Shown here: positions 1-11,024 of the stretch, one piece after another
How positions within the stretch are numbered: position 1 is the stretch's first letter
Layout: every line of letters starts with the position of its first letter
Notes under the pieces: generated by a model
Databases searched by the model: none
What the model saw: only the letters and a program-made list of their open reading frames with translations
What the model was told of the DNA's origin: nothing
Translations under genes and position numbers: made by a program
Origin: Mobula hypostoma
Lineage: Eukaryota
Assembly (NCBI RefSeq): GCF_963921235.1
Contig: NC_086108.1
Location: 105,898,001-105,962,000, forward strand
Direction: 5' to 3'
DNA length: 64,000 nt

Positions 1-75
1 GAAAGACCCGAAACACCCGATGATTCCAGGACCATCAACGAAGATGTGTCCAGAAGCATCAATAGATGTTTGTAC
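1..75 (+). mobile_element. 3' end fragment of a second Hero-like element (3' half of the structured UTR motif)
   Basis: GACCC-GAAA-CACCC-GAT-GA-T-TCCAGG-AC-CATCA-ACGAAGA-TGTGTCC has the same segment layout as 63263-63315 with different arm sequences. Confidence 0.6.
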
Positions 76-1186
76 ACAGCACTAGTCCCTAAGTGACATG
101 TTCTGAAGATTGATGGTGCATGGGATGTAGTGCTGGAGCCATGTTTCTGCAGGAACAAGCATGCGGCAGTTCCTTATCATGTGCTGGGTCAGCCAAGTGT
201 GAAGGTCAATCAGCTTGTTTCGTGCTGGGTGAGCCGCAGACGGAGGTGATCCATCTTATCTTCCAGGAGTCGAACACTAGGGAGCAGCATCCATGCCCAG
301 GCTGTAGTGCGTCCACCCTGCCTCTGTTCTCTTTCACATTACCTCTGGTGCCTCCTCTCCTGGGTGGCTGTTATTAGTGACGCCGCAGTTCAAGAGCCTG
401 GTCCGTGCAACGACCAACCCCACGCTGCTCCCGTACCACTGGTCTCATCGATGAACTAATGAACCAGACTTATAGTATTTTGGATAACCAATGTCCAACA
501 GGTCTTGAGATCACAAGAAAAACGTTTAAGATAAAAAATTGCTGGACTCGGAGAGGCCACTACGCACAAGCAGGCTTAAGGACCTATATAGTCCCTGAAA
601 CTCCCTAAAGCTCAAAAGTTGCATTGAGGCCAAGACCTGCTCTCAGTTTCAGATGGATGCTCTCCAGCACCCAGCAGACTCAATCAGTGACGTGGCTCCT
701 TTCTCCTGCTGCATGACTGAACCTTATTCCTCAGAGTGTAGCGTCGAAGAAAGGTATATGAAAAGAGCACTTTGCACTGAGAGCACAAAACAGAACAAGA
801 CCCACGTTCATACTTCAAAGCCATTAAATGAAAGCTCTTCATAAATGTTTGAGCAAAGTCAATGCAAATCTGACTGCTGTTCTCTTGAAAAATCACTTTG
901 AAAGACAAGTGTATGACTTAGATGTCAAACTGATCTTTTAAAATGATTAGAAAATGTAACCTGGATTTTATTATTCAGGCAAACAGAGCTCAGTCATTGT
1001 AGAATACTTCTGAAGTGACTGTATTAAAATTGATTTTGCAGACACTGTCACAGCATCCAGTGTTTAATCATTCTTCCATGTTCAATTATTGATTATCCAA
1101 GGTGGCTCCAGAGAAGATTTCATAATTTCCAATCAAATTTTATCATATTGCAGTTAAACTGTTCTCTGTTGCCCTTACCTGCTTAC

Positions 1187-1223
1187 CTAGAGGCATTTCT
1201 TTATTCAGTTTCTTCATTTTAAC
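1187..1223 (-). CDS. Candidate host-gene exon (VKMKKLNKEMPL)
   Basis: Minus-strand acceptor tctgtatcttcaag and donor G|gtaagc; an alternative donor CAG|gtaagg lies 8 nt further. The frame is open and phase-compatible with 15101-15129. Confidence 0.45.
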
Positions 1224-1270
1224 CTTGAAGATACAGACATAGATCAACTGTCAGTGGCCACTTTATTAGG

Positions 1271-1749
1271 CTCCCCCTCCTCTGGCTATCCATCCCATAG
1301 GATGATGATGGTTCCTTTCAGTCAGTTAGTGGGGTGGTACCCCACTCCTCAGAAAAGAACAGCCTGTGCGTGAATGGATTTTAGGTGAGTAGGGGGTTGC
1401 ACAGGTCCAGACCCACCCTCTCAACATCCCCTCCTGGATCCAGTGGCATGGTGGGGTCCAAGACGGCTGGGGGAAGTTCTGTTGCGGTGAATGGCCAGAC
1501 CAAGCTTCGATGCAAGGGATGACCTTTCCGCGCTTCACGGCACATGTTTGCTAGATGGCCGCTGACCCTACGAGAGGGTTCATCCGCCCTTTGACAGGTC
1601 TTGTTTTTCATCCTGCAGGGTGTCTAGCCACCCTCCTGACCAGGCAAGCCTGGTGGGGGAGCCGGTTTAGTCGCCGACCACCTGACTGTGCTACAGGTAG
1701 TACTGGGTTACATGGTACCAGTAGCACTCAGACCAGTGACCTGGCCTGA
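1271..1749 (-). mobile_element. Short non-autonomous RTE-related element
   Basis: Perfect 11-bp TSD ACTTTATTAGG (1260-1270 / 1750-1760). The terminus ggctatccatc...gatgatgg resembles the RTE end near 13407-13437. Confidence 0.65.
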
Positions 1750-1876
1750 ACTTTATTAGGTACAGAGTGTATGTTCATGGTCTTCTGCTGCTGTAGCCCA
1801 TCCACTTCAAGGTTTAAAGTGTTGTGCATTCAGAGATGCTCTTCTGCATATCACTATGGTAATGCATGGCTATTTC

Positions 1877-3780
1877 CATTAATGTGGCTGACATGCCATC
1901 ATGCAGTAGCCTCTGTATCGTAAGTACTTGTCAGGCCAGCCGTGTCTTGATAGTATATGCCAAAGAGCTTGCCGGTCTGCTGTATCAAGTACCATTGTCA
2001 AATGTATGAAATCCCAGTACAATGGTTACCTTGGTTCATGGCATTTGTTTCTGTAATTGGCGTACTGTGAAGGTCATGTCTGGGGTACCTCTCAATGGTG
2101 TAAACCACGCTGCAATTTAGGGTATACTCTTCAGGGAGTGGAAGAAGTCAGTTGACAAGGATACTTTCAAACTCTTTGCCTGTTGTTGACAGAAGGGAGA
2201 TGCATCTGTAATTGCCAAAATCTGCCTCGTCTTCCTTCTTGAATATGTTCACTATTAGAGTATTCCTGAGATCTGAAGGCAGTTGTTCCTTATCCAAGAC
2301 CTTTAGCAGCAAGGGATGTATGTGGTGCAGGAGTTCTGGTCCAACTTCCTTGTGGATCCCAGGATCAGTATCTTTGTTGTTTTACAGGCTCCTGATGGCA
2401 TCATGGACCTCTTTTGTACTGGGACACTCCTCTATGTTTTCTCACACAGGTCTCAGGAAAATTTGGTTAACCTCTGATTCAGCAGTGCTGTTGTGGTTAA
2501 GAAGTTCTTGAAAGTTCCCTCTCCATCAATTGTTGGTTTCCTTCCGATCTTTTAGCAAGTTCTTTCCATCCTTTGAGTACTCAGCAATGTTGGTGCTGAA
2601 TCAGAACCCTTCACTGTGAAGACAGGAGTCTACAGGGCTGCATCATTGTGCCCATCCTATTTGCCTCCTTTATTGCCACCTTTATTCCTCATTAACCAAA
2701 ACTTGCCACAGGGAATCCCAATCGTGTACAGAATGGACAACAGGTTTTCCACCCTCAGTGGGTTCAAGGTCAAGGACAAGGTCAGCACCATTACTGTCAT
2801 GGAGCTTCAGTATGTGGAATGACAACGTAATCACAACACACTCTGAAGAATATCTCAAAAATATCCTGAATCCCTTTGCCAAGACAAAGAGAGTCCTGGG
2901 TTTTGTTTTGAATATAAAAAAGGCGTAAGTCTTATATCAGCCATTTTTCCAGCCCTCCATAAAAGATGATGCTATCACCCTTGAAAACATAGAACACTTT
3001 CCCTAGCATGGCAGCATTCTCTCCTCAAAAGCAAACATCGACTCAGAGATCTTCGACTACCTGAGTAGTGCTAGCACAGACTATGCAGGTTAAGGAAAAA
3101 AGGCTTTGAAGATCATGATCTACAGGTTCAAACAAAACTTTTTGGCCTATAGAGCAATTGTCCTTCCAACCTGACTGTATGGAGCTGGATCATAGACAAC
3201 CTGAAAGCCCTGGAACAAAAGCACCAAAGATCCTTAGTAATGGTTTTCAGGATCACCTAGAAGGACTGACGCACTAACAGCAGTGTACAGGAGGAGTTCA
3301 ACATGAACAGCACATCTCCCATGATAAACAGCATCAACTCCATTGGATAGGTCAAGTCATTCAGATGCCTCCCCAGGAAGATCCTTTACACTCGGTTGAA
3401 GGAAGCTCAGTAAGTCCCTGGTGAGCAAACAAAACTCTTCAAAGATAACATCAAAATCAGACTGAAGAAATTCAGCATTACATGTAAAAACTGGGAAGAC
3501 ATTGCACTCAATACGTACACCCAGAGGAAATCTGTTCAAGAGGAAGATGGGTGACATGAGAACGACCTCTGCTGTGTCACAGAGGACCAGCAGAAGCTGC
3601 AGAAGGAGAGAATGGACAATCAAAAGACCAAAACCACTAATCACAGCCACCGCTAACTTTTGCCCACACTGCAGCAGGATAGGTAGATCCTGAATCAGCC
3701 TCTACAGCCAGCTGACAACCCACCAATAGGCAATCCCTTAGGAGAACATCCTCCTTGGCTTAAGTGATCACTGCAAAAAG
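1877..3780 (+). mobile_element. Degenerate RTE LINE with 5' inversion (1877-~2583 inverted)
   Basis: The minus part encodes GNYRCISLLS...LLHDGMSAT. The plus part continues EPFTVKTGV...QY and ends with a C-terminal CPHC. Confidence 0.75.
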
Positions 3781-6125
3781 AATTAAGTTGCTGTTGCCTT
3801 TCTGGCAGTTTAAACCAGTTTGGCTCTTCTCCTCTGATCTCTGTCATTAACAAGATGTTTTCACCCACAGAAGTGCCACTCACTGGATGTGTTTTCGTCT
3901 TTTGCACCATTCTCTGTAAACACTAGAGTCTGTTGTGTGTGAAAATCCCAGGAGATCAGCAGATTCCTTTCAATATTTTTATTAGTTTCTACATAGAAGA
4001 ATATAGAGTACAAGAAAGTATATATAAAATTGAAAAAAAAGCTACCAATTACGTTATATCTATTCATAATAACAATCTCATTACCCCGTATTCATGTAGG
4101 TTAGTCAAAGTCATATTGAAATATACTAATTTATTACAAAAAAATGAACCTAAACACCTTAATAAACAGAAGCTGTGGAGATAAAAAGGTAAAGTACCTT
4201 CTCGTAAAAATTACTAATAGCCAACATCTAACTTTAAACAACAAATTGAGGGTTTTGAAAGTATTGAAAATAATTCAGAAAGGGTCCCCACAGTGTTTGA
4301 AAGTCTTGACGAGATTCAGAAATTGAACAACGAAACTTCTCTAAATCTGAGCATGACATAACATCGCATAACCATTGAGCATGAGTAGGAGAAACATCTT
4401 TCCATTTAAATAAAAGCGCCCCAAAAACATTTAATACCCAACCTGTCCCATTCTTTAAAAACTAAATTCGTCATGGAGGGTTAATAAAAATTAGAATAAA
4501 TTAGGACTAGAAAGGGAAGATCTCAATAACCAAAATGTTTTCTAAATTCTATCCAGATCCTCAGAGTATGTTTAACTATTAAATTATGAGTTAGTTTACT
4601 TACAAATAAAGGAAGTGAGGATACAAGAAGAGAAATAATAGAAAATTGATTAACAGAATTAGCTCCTAAAGAAACCCATGCCGGACAGTCTACACGATTA
4701 ATATAATATATCCAAAACGTAAGATATCATATATTAACTGCCCAGTAATAAAACCTAAAATTAGGTAAGGCTAAACCTCCAGGCTTTTTAGGGTTTTGAA
4801 GATGAACTTTATTTAAATGATATAGGAGGATAAAATAGATTCAAGAGAGTCAAAAAAGGATTTAGGAATAAAAACGGGTAAAGCCTGAAAAAGATATATA
4901 AATTTAGGTAGAATATTCACTTTAATAGAATTAATTCATCCAATCAACGATATTGAAAGAGGTGACCAACTTAATAATTTTTTTTACATGGTTCAATTTA
5001 AAGTAAGAAAGTTTTCTTTAAACAGGTATTTGTAATTCTTAGTGATTGTTACACCCAAATAAGTAATTTGATTCCTTACAATTTTAAAAGGAAGATTAGT
5101 ATTCATTGGTACCAAATTATTTAAAGGAAATAATTCACTCTTATGTAAGTTCAATTTATATCCTGAAAACTGGCTAAAACGGGAGAGTAAAGAAAGTACA
5201 CAAGGTAACAAAATCTCAACATTAGAGATAAAAAGCAATATATCATCAGCGTAAAGGGAGATTTTGTGGGTGGTACCTCTCGTTGAAATACCACAGATAT
5301 CATTAGATTCTCGAAAAGCAATGGCAAGGGGTTCTAAAGCTAGATTAAAAAGCCAAGGACTCGACGGACAGCCTTGTCTAGTTCCGCGGTGAAGTTTAAA
5401 TGGTTTGGAATTTTGAAAATTAGTAAGAACTCGAGCAGAAGGAAATAAATAAAGTAATTTAATCCATTGAATAAAATAAGGTCCAAAATTAAATTTTTCT
5501 AAGGTTTTAAATACATAATTACATTCAACCCGATCAAAGGCCTACTCAGCATCTAAGGATATCACACATTCCAATATTTCCTGAGAAGGAAAGTAAATAA
5601 CATTTAATACATATATATTAAAATGGGAATTTCAGTTTTTAAACATGTTTTCAAATAGAAAAAACCTTATAAAATTCTCCAGAAATTCCATCTGGACCCG
5701 GAGACTTCCCGAGTGTAATGAACGTATAGCCTCGGCGATTTCCTCATAAGAAATGGGTCGATCCATCTGTTTGCAATTATCTGCAGAAAGTACAGGGATA
5801 TTTAATTGATCTAAAAAATTATTCATTACAGTATTATCTTTAGGGGAGTCAGAACTATAAAGTTTAGAATAGAATTCTCTAAAGGTATCATTTATTTCAG
5901 AGTAATCATTTGTCCTATTATCATTAGATTTGCAAATTTTATTAACCTGTTTAACTACAGAAGTTTTTAATTGGTTGGCTAATACTTTGCCTGATTTATC
6001 TCCGTGAATGTAAAATTGAGTTTTATCTTTAAGAAGCTGAGTTTCAATTGGATATGTTAACAGAAGGTCATATTTAGTTTTAATTTCAACACGTCTTTTA
6101 TATAAAACAGGATCTGGAGCTATAG

Positions 6126-6364
6126 AACAGGAATTCTGCAGATGCTGGAAATTCAAGCAACACACATAAAAGTTGCTGGTGAACGCAGCAGGCCAGGCAG
6201 CATCTCTAGGAAGAGGTGCAGTCGACGTTTCAGGCCGAGACCCTTCGTCAGGACTAGTAGTCGTCAGTAGTCCCGACGAAGGGTCTCGGCCTGAAACGTC
6301 GACTGCACCTCTTCCTAGAGATGCTGCCTGGCCTGCTGGTTCACCAGCAACTTTTATGTGTGTT
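6126..6364. mobile_element. Penelope-like inverted pLTR insertion (~97-bp palindrome arms)
   Basis: 13-bp TSD TCTGGAGCTATAG (6113-6125 / 6365-6377). Arms 6159-6256 and 6268-6364 are near-perfect reverse complements. Confidence 0.85.
6219..6256 (-). ncRNA. Minimal (Penelope-type) hammerhead ribozyme
   Basis: UAGUC-CUGACGA-AGGGUCUCGGCCU-GAAA-CGUC-GACUG: intact core, with palindromic ACGU in place of helix III. Confidence 0.75.
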
Positions 6365-9339
6365 TCTGGAGCTATAGCATATTTTTGATCTAATTGTTTT
6401 AATTGATTGATTAATTCAATTCTTTCTTTATTAGCTTTATTCTTAACACTTCCAGTAGAAGAAATAATTTGTCCTCTAATATAGGCCTTGAAAGTATCCC
6501 ATACAATAAGATTAGAAGTCTCTTCCTTTATATTTTCTTTAAAAAACAAAATAATATGCTTCTCTAGAAATTTTAAAACGTCCTTATCAGATAACAAAGT
6601 TGTATTAAAACACCAAAAACTGTTGGTTTGAAGAAGACCAGGGAGTTTTAAAGATAACAATATACGAGCATGGTCTGAAACAGCAATCTCTTTATATTCA
6701 CAGGAATGAACTGATGAGATCATTTGACTATCGACAAAAAAAATCAATGCTGGAATATGTGTGATGAACATGGGAAAAAAATGAATATTCCCTATCTAAG
6801 GGATATAAGAAATGCCAAACATCAACTATATCACACTTCAATAGAAAGGACTGAATAAACAAATCTGATTTATTAAGAGCCACTGGTTTAGAAGGTGATC
6901 GGTCTAAACTTGGGTCTAACCAACAGTTATAATCTCCTTCCATCACCAAAGAATAAAGATTCAGATCTGATAAAATAGAAAAAAAGCATTCAAAGAATCC
7001 TGGGTCATCTACATTTGGGGCATACACATTGGCAAATACTATTAACTTATTATCTAGTTTTCCTGAGTCTATAACAAAATGTCCATTTGTATCAGACACT
7101 ACTTTATGTTGGACAAAGGAAAGCTTATTATCAGAATTGAAACTCCTGTAGATTGTGCCTGAAAAGAAGAGTGAAAACAAAGTCCATTCCAACGGCTAAA
7201 AAAACGTAGATTATCACATTTGCGTTTGGTCCATTTTTAATATAATTTAAAGGAAGGGTTAAAATGTAAGTTAAAAACCAAGCTATAAACCTTGAGAAAT
7301 GGTAACTAAGTAACAGGTTGGCTAAAAATTTGCAAACAGCTTCTAGGAAAAAAAAACATAAGCCTCCCCACCTCCCAAAGAAAGAAAACCGACCAATAGA
7401 AAGTTGGCATCTACAAATGACTGACAACCCCCCAAAAACCTGGTGATCGCTCCAATTAGTTTCAAGATTATTTATATTCCAAACTAGACTAAACTATACC
7501 CAAACGAGAGATTCAGCTCTTGTATAGCAAAAATACAGTATTAAAAAATACAAAAGGAAATTAGTTACAAAGGTTTACTAAAAGTAAAAGATACAATTAT
7601 TCATATAGATAGACATTGAACATTAATCTTATATCTTCATGGAAAAACAGACTAAGCAATTAGCTTTCTAATTTAAAAAATCATTGTGCTTCAACATTCA
7701 AACAAAACCATTCAAAGGATCCATCTTTAATGAGATTCTCAGTCAAAATGAGTAACCAAGGGACAGGTTAAAACACTTGTTAAAAAATTTCCAACAAAGC
7801 TTGTTTAAACTTAGCACACTTCTGCATAACTTCAAGTGAATAACCTTCGAGAATCTTAATATTCCACCCTATAACCGGGTACGCCCCTTTGACAGGATTT
7901 GCAAATTAAAAGTTTTTCATTTAATCTTGTGTCTTCATGTGAGGAGAAACTAAACAGTTAGCCTTCGGATTTAACCTTTGGATTTTAAAAACTTCTGTGC
8001 TTCAATAGCTGAGTGGAACCATTCGAAAGAACCGTTTTTAAGTGTGATTCTGAGTTGAGCTGGGAAGCGAAGGGAAGGTTGAAACCCATATCAGAAAGCT
8101 CGGATATAACTTCTTTGAATTTAACACGTTCCTGCATAACCTCAGATGAATAATCTTCAACAATTCTAATCTTGCGACCATTATAGTCAATCATGCCTCT
8201 TTGACGAGATTCGCAAATTATGAGTTCCTTTGTTTTAAATTCATGAAAGCAGATTATTACTGATCTTGGTTTCTGAACATTAGGAGATCTAAATGCAGGG
8301 GATCTGTGAACTCATTCGATCATAGGCACAGATGTCAAAATCTCCGGAAATAATTCTTGCAAAAAGTTTGTAAAAAACTCCATAGGGCGGTTACCTTCAA
8401 TTAATTCTTCGAGATCCAAAACCCGTGTTGTTCCTTCTACTGCTATTTTCTAGGTCGATAATCTTCTGTCTTAAATTTTTGTTGGACTTCGATTGCTTTT
8501 CTCAAAGCTTCTGCAATTCATCCACTTCTGTTTCCAGAGCCAATAAATTTTCCTCATTATTTTTAATACGTTTATCATGTTCATTAGGAGTTTGTTGAAT
8601 AGAGTCCAATTTACTATCTACTTGTTTAAATTCAGTGCTGAATTGTTGAAACTTCTCAGAGGCTTCTCGTGTATGACTTTGCAGCAATTCCATAATAGAA
8701 TCCAAAGAGGCAGGAAAATCATCTTTTTTATTACCTCTGGCACTCCTTCCAACCATAATGAAAGAATATCACACTTAAAAAAAGAAGTTTCAATACAGGT
8801 TGGAAATAGTAAGATAATTAAGGTTGGAGCAACGGCAGATTGCTGTTACTCCATCAGCCACCACCAGGAAATCAGCAGTTTCTGAGATACTCAAACCACC
8901 CTGTCTGACATCCACAATCATTCCATGGTCAAAGTCACTTTGATCACATTAACTCCCCATACTGACGTTTGGTCTAAACAGCAACTGAACCTGTTGACCA
9001 CATTTGCATGCTTGTGTATATTGAGTTGCTGCCAGATGATTGGTTGTTTAGATATTTGCATTCAGGAACAGGTGTTCAGGTGTACCTGATAAAGTGTCCA
9101 CTGAGTGTAGAACATTTAGAAAACATGTTTATAAAGTATCTGCCTCTACCACAACTCCTGGCAGGGCCTTTCACACGCCCTCCATTCTCCATGTAAAAAT
9201 CTACCTCTGACATCCCCTCTATCCTTCTCTCCAATCATTTCAATGTTATGCCCACTCATATTAGCCATTCCACACTGCAAAGTATCCTGAACTGTTAAGA
9301 GACTTGCTCAAATTTCACTTGGCCTTCAAGTTTCAGAGC

Positions 9340-9435
9340 TTCAATCCAGCATGGATGGAAAGTGTGCAAGGAGCCAGCCAGACTCGAACCCGGGTCCATT
9401 TGCCTCAAAGCCTGGTGCGGATGATACTACACCTA
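9340..9435 (-). mobile_element. tRNA-derived SINE head fragment
   Basis: Minus strand has a B box GGTTCGAGTC and a degenerate A box GGTGTAGTATC. Confidence 0.5.
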
Positions 9436-9519
9436 CTACACGTCAGCATTCCTATACTCTGACTATTTGAGATCCAGCCCACTATAGTGGTACCATCTGT
9501 AAACTTGCAGGTTGGAGAT

Positions 9520-9620
9520 TGTATGTGTGTTTGTGTGTGTGTGTGTGTGTAGGTGTATGTACGTGCGCTTGTGTGTGCATGCGTGTGTGTGTCTCTGTGT
9601 GTGTGGGTGGGTGGGTGTGA
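9520..9620. repeat. Degenerate (GT)n microsatellite
   Basis: Direct reading. Confidence 0.9.
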
Positions 9621-11024
9621 ACCAGCACTTCCTGGATCCCACTGATGTGTCCAGATTACCTCCTCAGAAACATTCCCATGAGTGTTCATATTTAATTATG
9701 AAAGCATGCTTCTAGTTATTAACTATTGCTAAATATCACGAAAGGAAGAAGGATGGGTTAATATGGTAATATAAAAGGTGCGGGGGAACTGTCCTTGATT
9801 GACAGAGGGATAGAATACAAATGCTTCATTATCCTTTTCCAAGTTTGGTGAGCAGACGTATGCACCTTGTTCCCAGTGCAGAATTTATGGATTGACAACA
9901 GATTTCACAAAACTTCCTTACTTTTCAATTCTAAACCCTTTGGGTGCTATGTTTTCCTCTGACATTGATTGGAGGAAAGTATAGGAGGGATGTCAGTGGT
10001 AAGATTTTGACATAATGAATGGTGGTTCAGGCAGATACATTAGGAACATTTACGAGAAGTTATGCCTTGGTCTGATCACCAGGGGGTGCCAGAGTCTCTA
10101 GGCGCTGAAGCTCCCTCTCCCAGATTACCAGTTGATTATTTTCACCTGGGTCTCATTTTGATTATCAGCATACTTGTGCCTTGTGTTGTTTCTCTATTTA
10201 AGGTCACTCAGTCTTGTTTGTCTTTGCTCAGTCTTGAGTTTACCTACTTTGTGTAGTGATTCCTGAGACCTTGCCTGTCTTCTCCATTAACCAATCCACA
10301 AGCAACAATTTTGTGTTTAACTCCATCCTCATCTCTGGAAGAGGTGGAGTTAAGAGCTAAAGAACATGGCAACAGCACTCGGAAGAAGATGTGAAGGGGG
10401 TGATTTAGATGGAAAAGGCAGTGTGTATATTCATGCCAACATTCAGCACTATTTTCCCACAGACATAGCTAAACAAACTGCTGCTCCATACTACTGTGCA
10501 TCTGGGTATTGGACCTCCTAGCCAACAGACCTCTATTAGTCAGTATACACACTCATTCCTCCTACCCCATCATTTTCAACACACACACACACACACACAC
10601 CGTTGCTGCACACTCTGCTCACACATAACTGCACGGCTAAACACCCAAGAAATCACATTGTCAAGTTTGCCGATGACAAGACTAGTGGCTCATCACCAGC
10701 AACAATGAGACGGTCTACAGGGAGGAGGTGCAAGAGCTCAAGTCCTGGTGCCAGGCAAATACCACTTCCTCAATGCCAACAAGACAAAGGAAATGGTTAT
10801 CAACTTCAGGAGAACTCACAGCACTGAGACCTCGCTTTATATCAGTGGCACAGCAGTAGAAACGGTAAGCAGTTTCAAACTCCTGGGAGCACACATCTCA
10901 TACAATTTCTCATGGTCCAGGAATATATTATACACAATCATGACAGCTCGCCAGTGCCTCTCCTTTCTGAGGAGACTGTGTAGCATCCGTAACAGCAACA
11001 CATACAGCAGGGATGTGCAATGAT

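Larger units (their letters stand above)
3967..8863 (-). mobile_element. L1-clade LINE, 5' end retained, degenerate
   Basis: ORF1 remnants (8756-8502, 8194-7985 IRIVEDYS), APE endonuclease (NVYAPN, GDYN, SDH) and RT (YADD near 5250). 19-bp TSD with 2 mismatches at 3948-3966 / 8864-8882. Confidence 0.85.
1247..9107. mobile_element. Tc1/mariner-type MITE split into four pieces (~1247-1270, 1761-1876, 3781-3966, 8883-9107)
   Basis: TIRs cagtggccactttattagg and cctgataaagtgtccactg, followed by TA. The pieces are collinear with the uninterrupted copy at 61743-62277. Confidence 0.75.

Noticed and set aside
5632..6771. 379-aa ORF as a novel gene
   Set aside because: It is an L1 ORF2 remnant with an in-frame Penelope palindrome.
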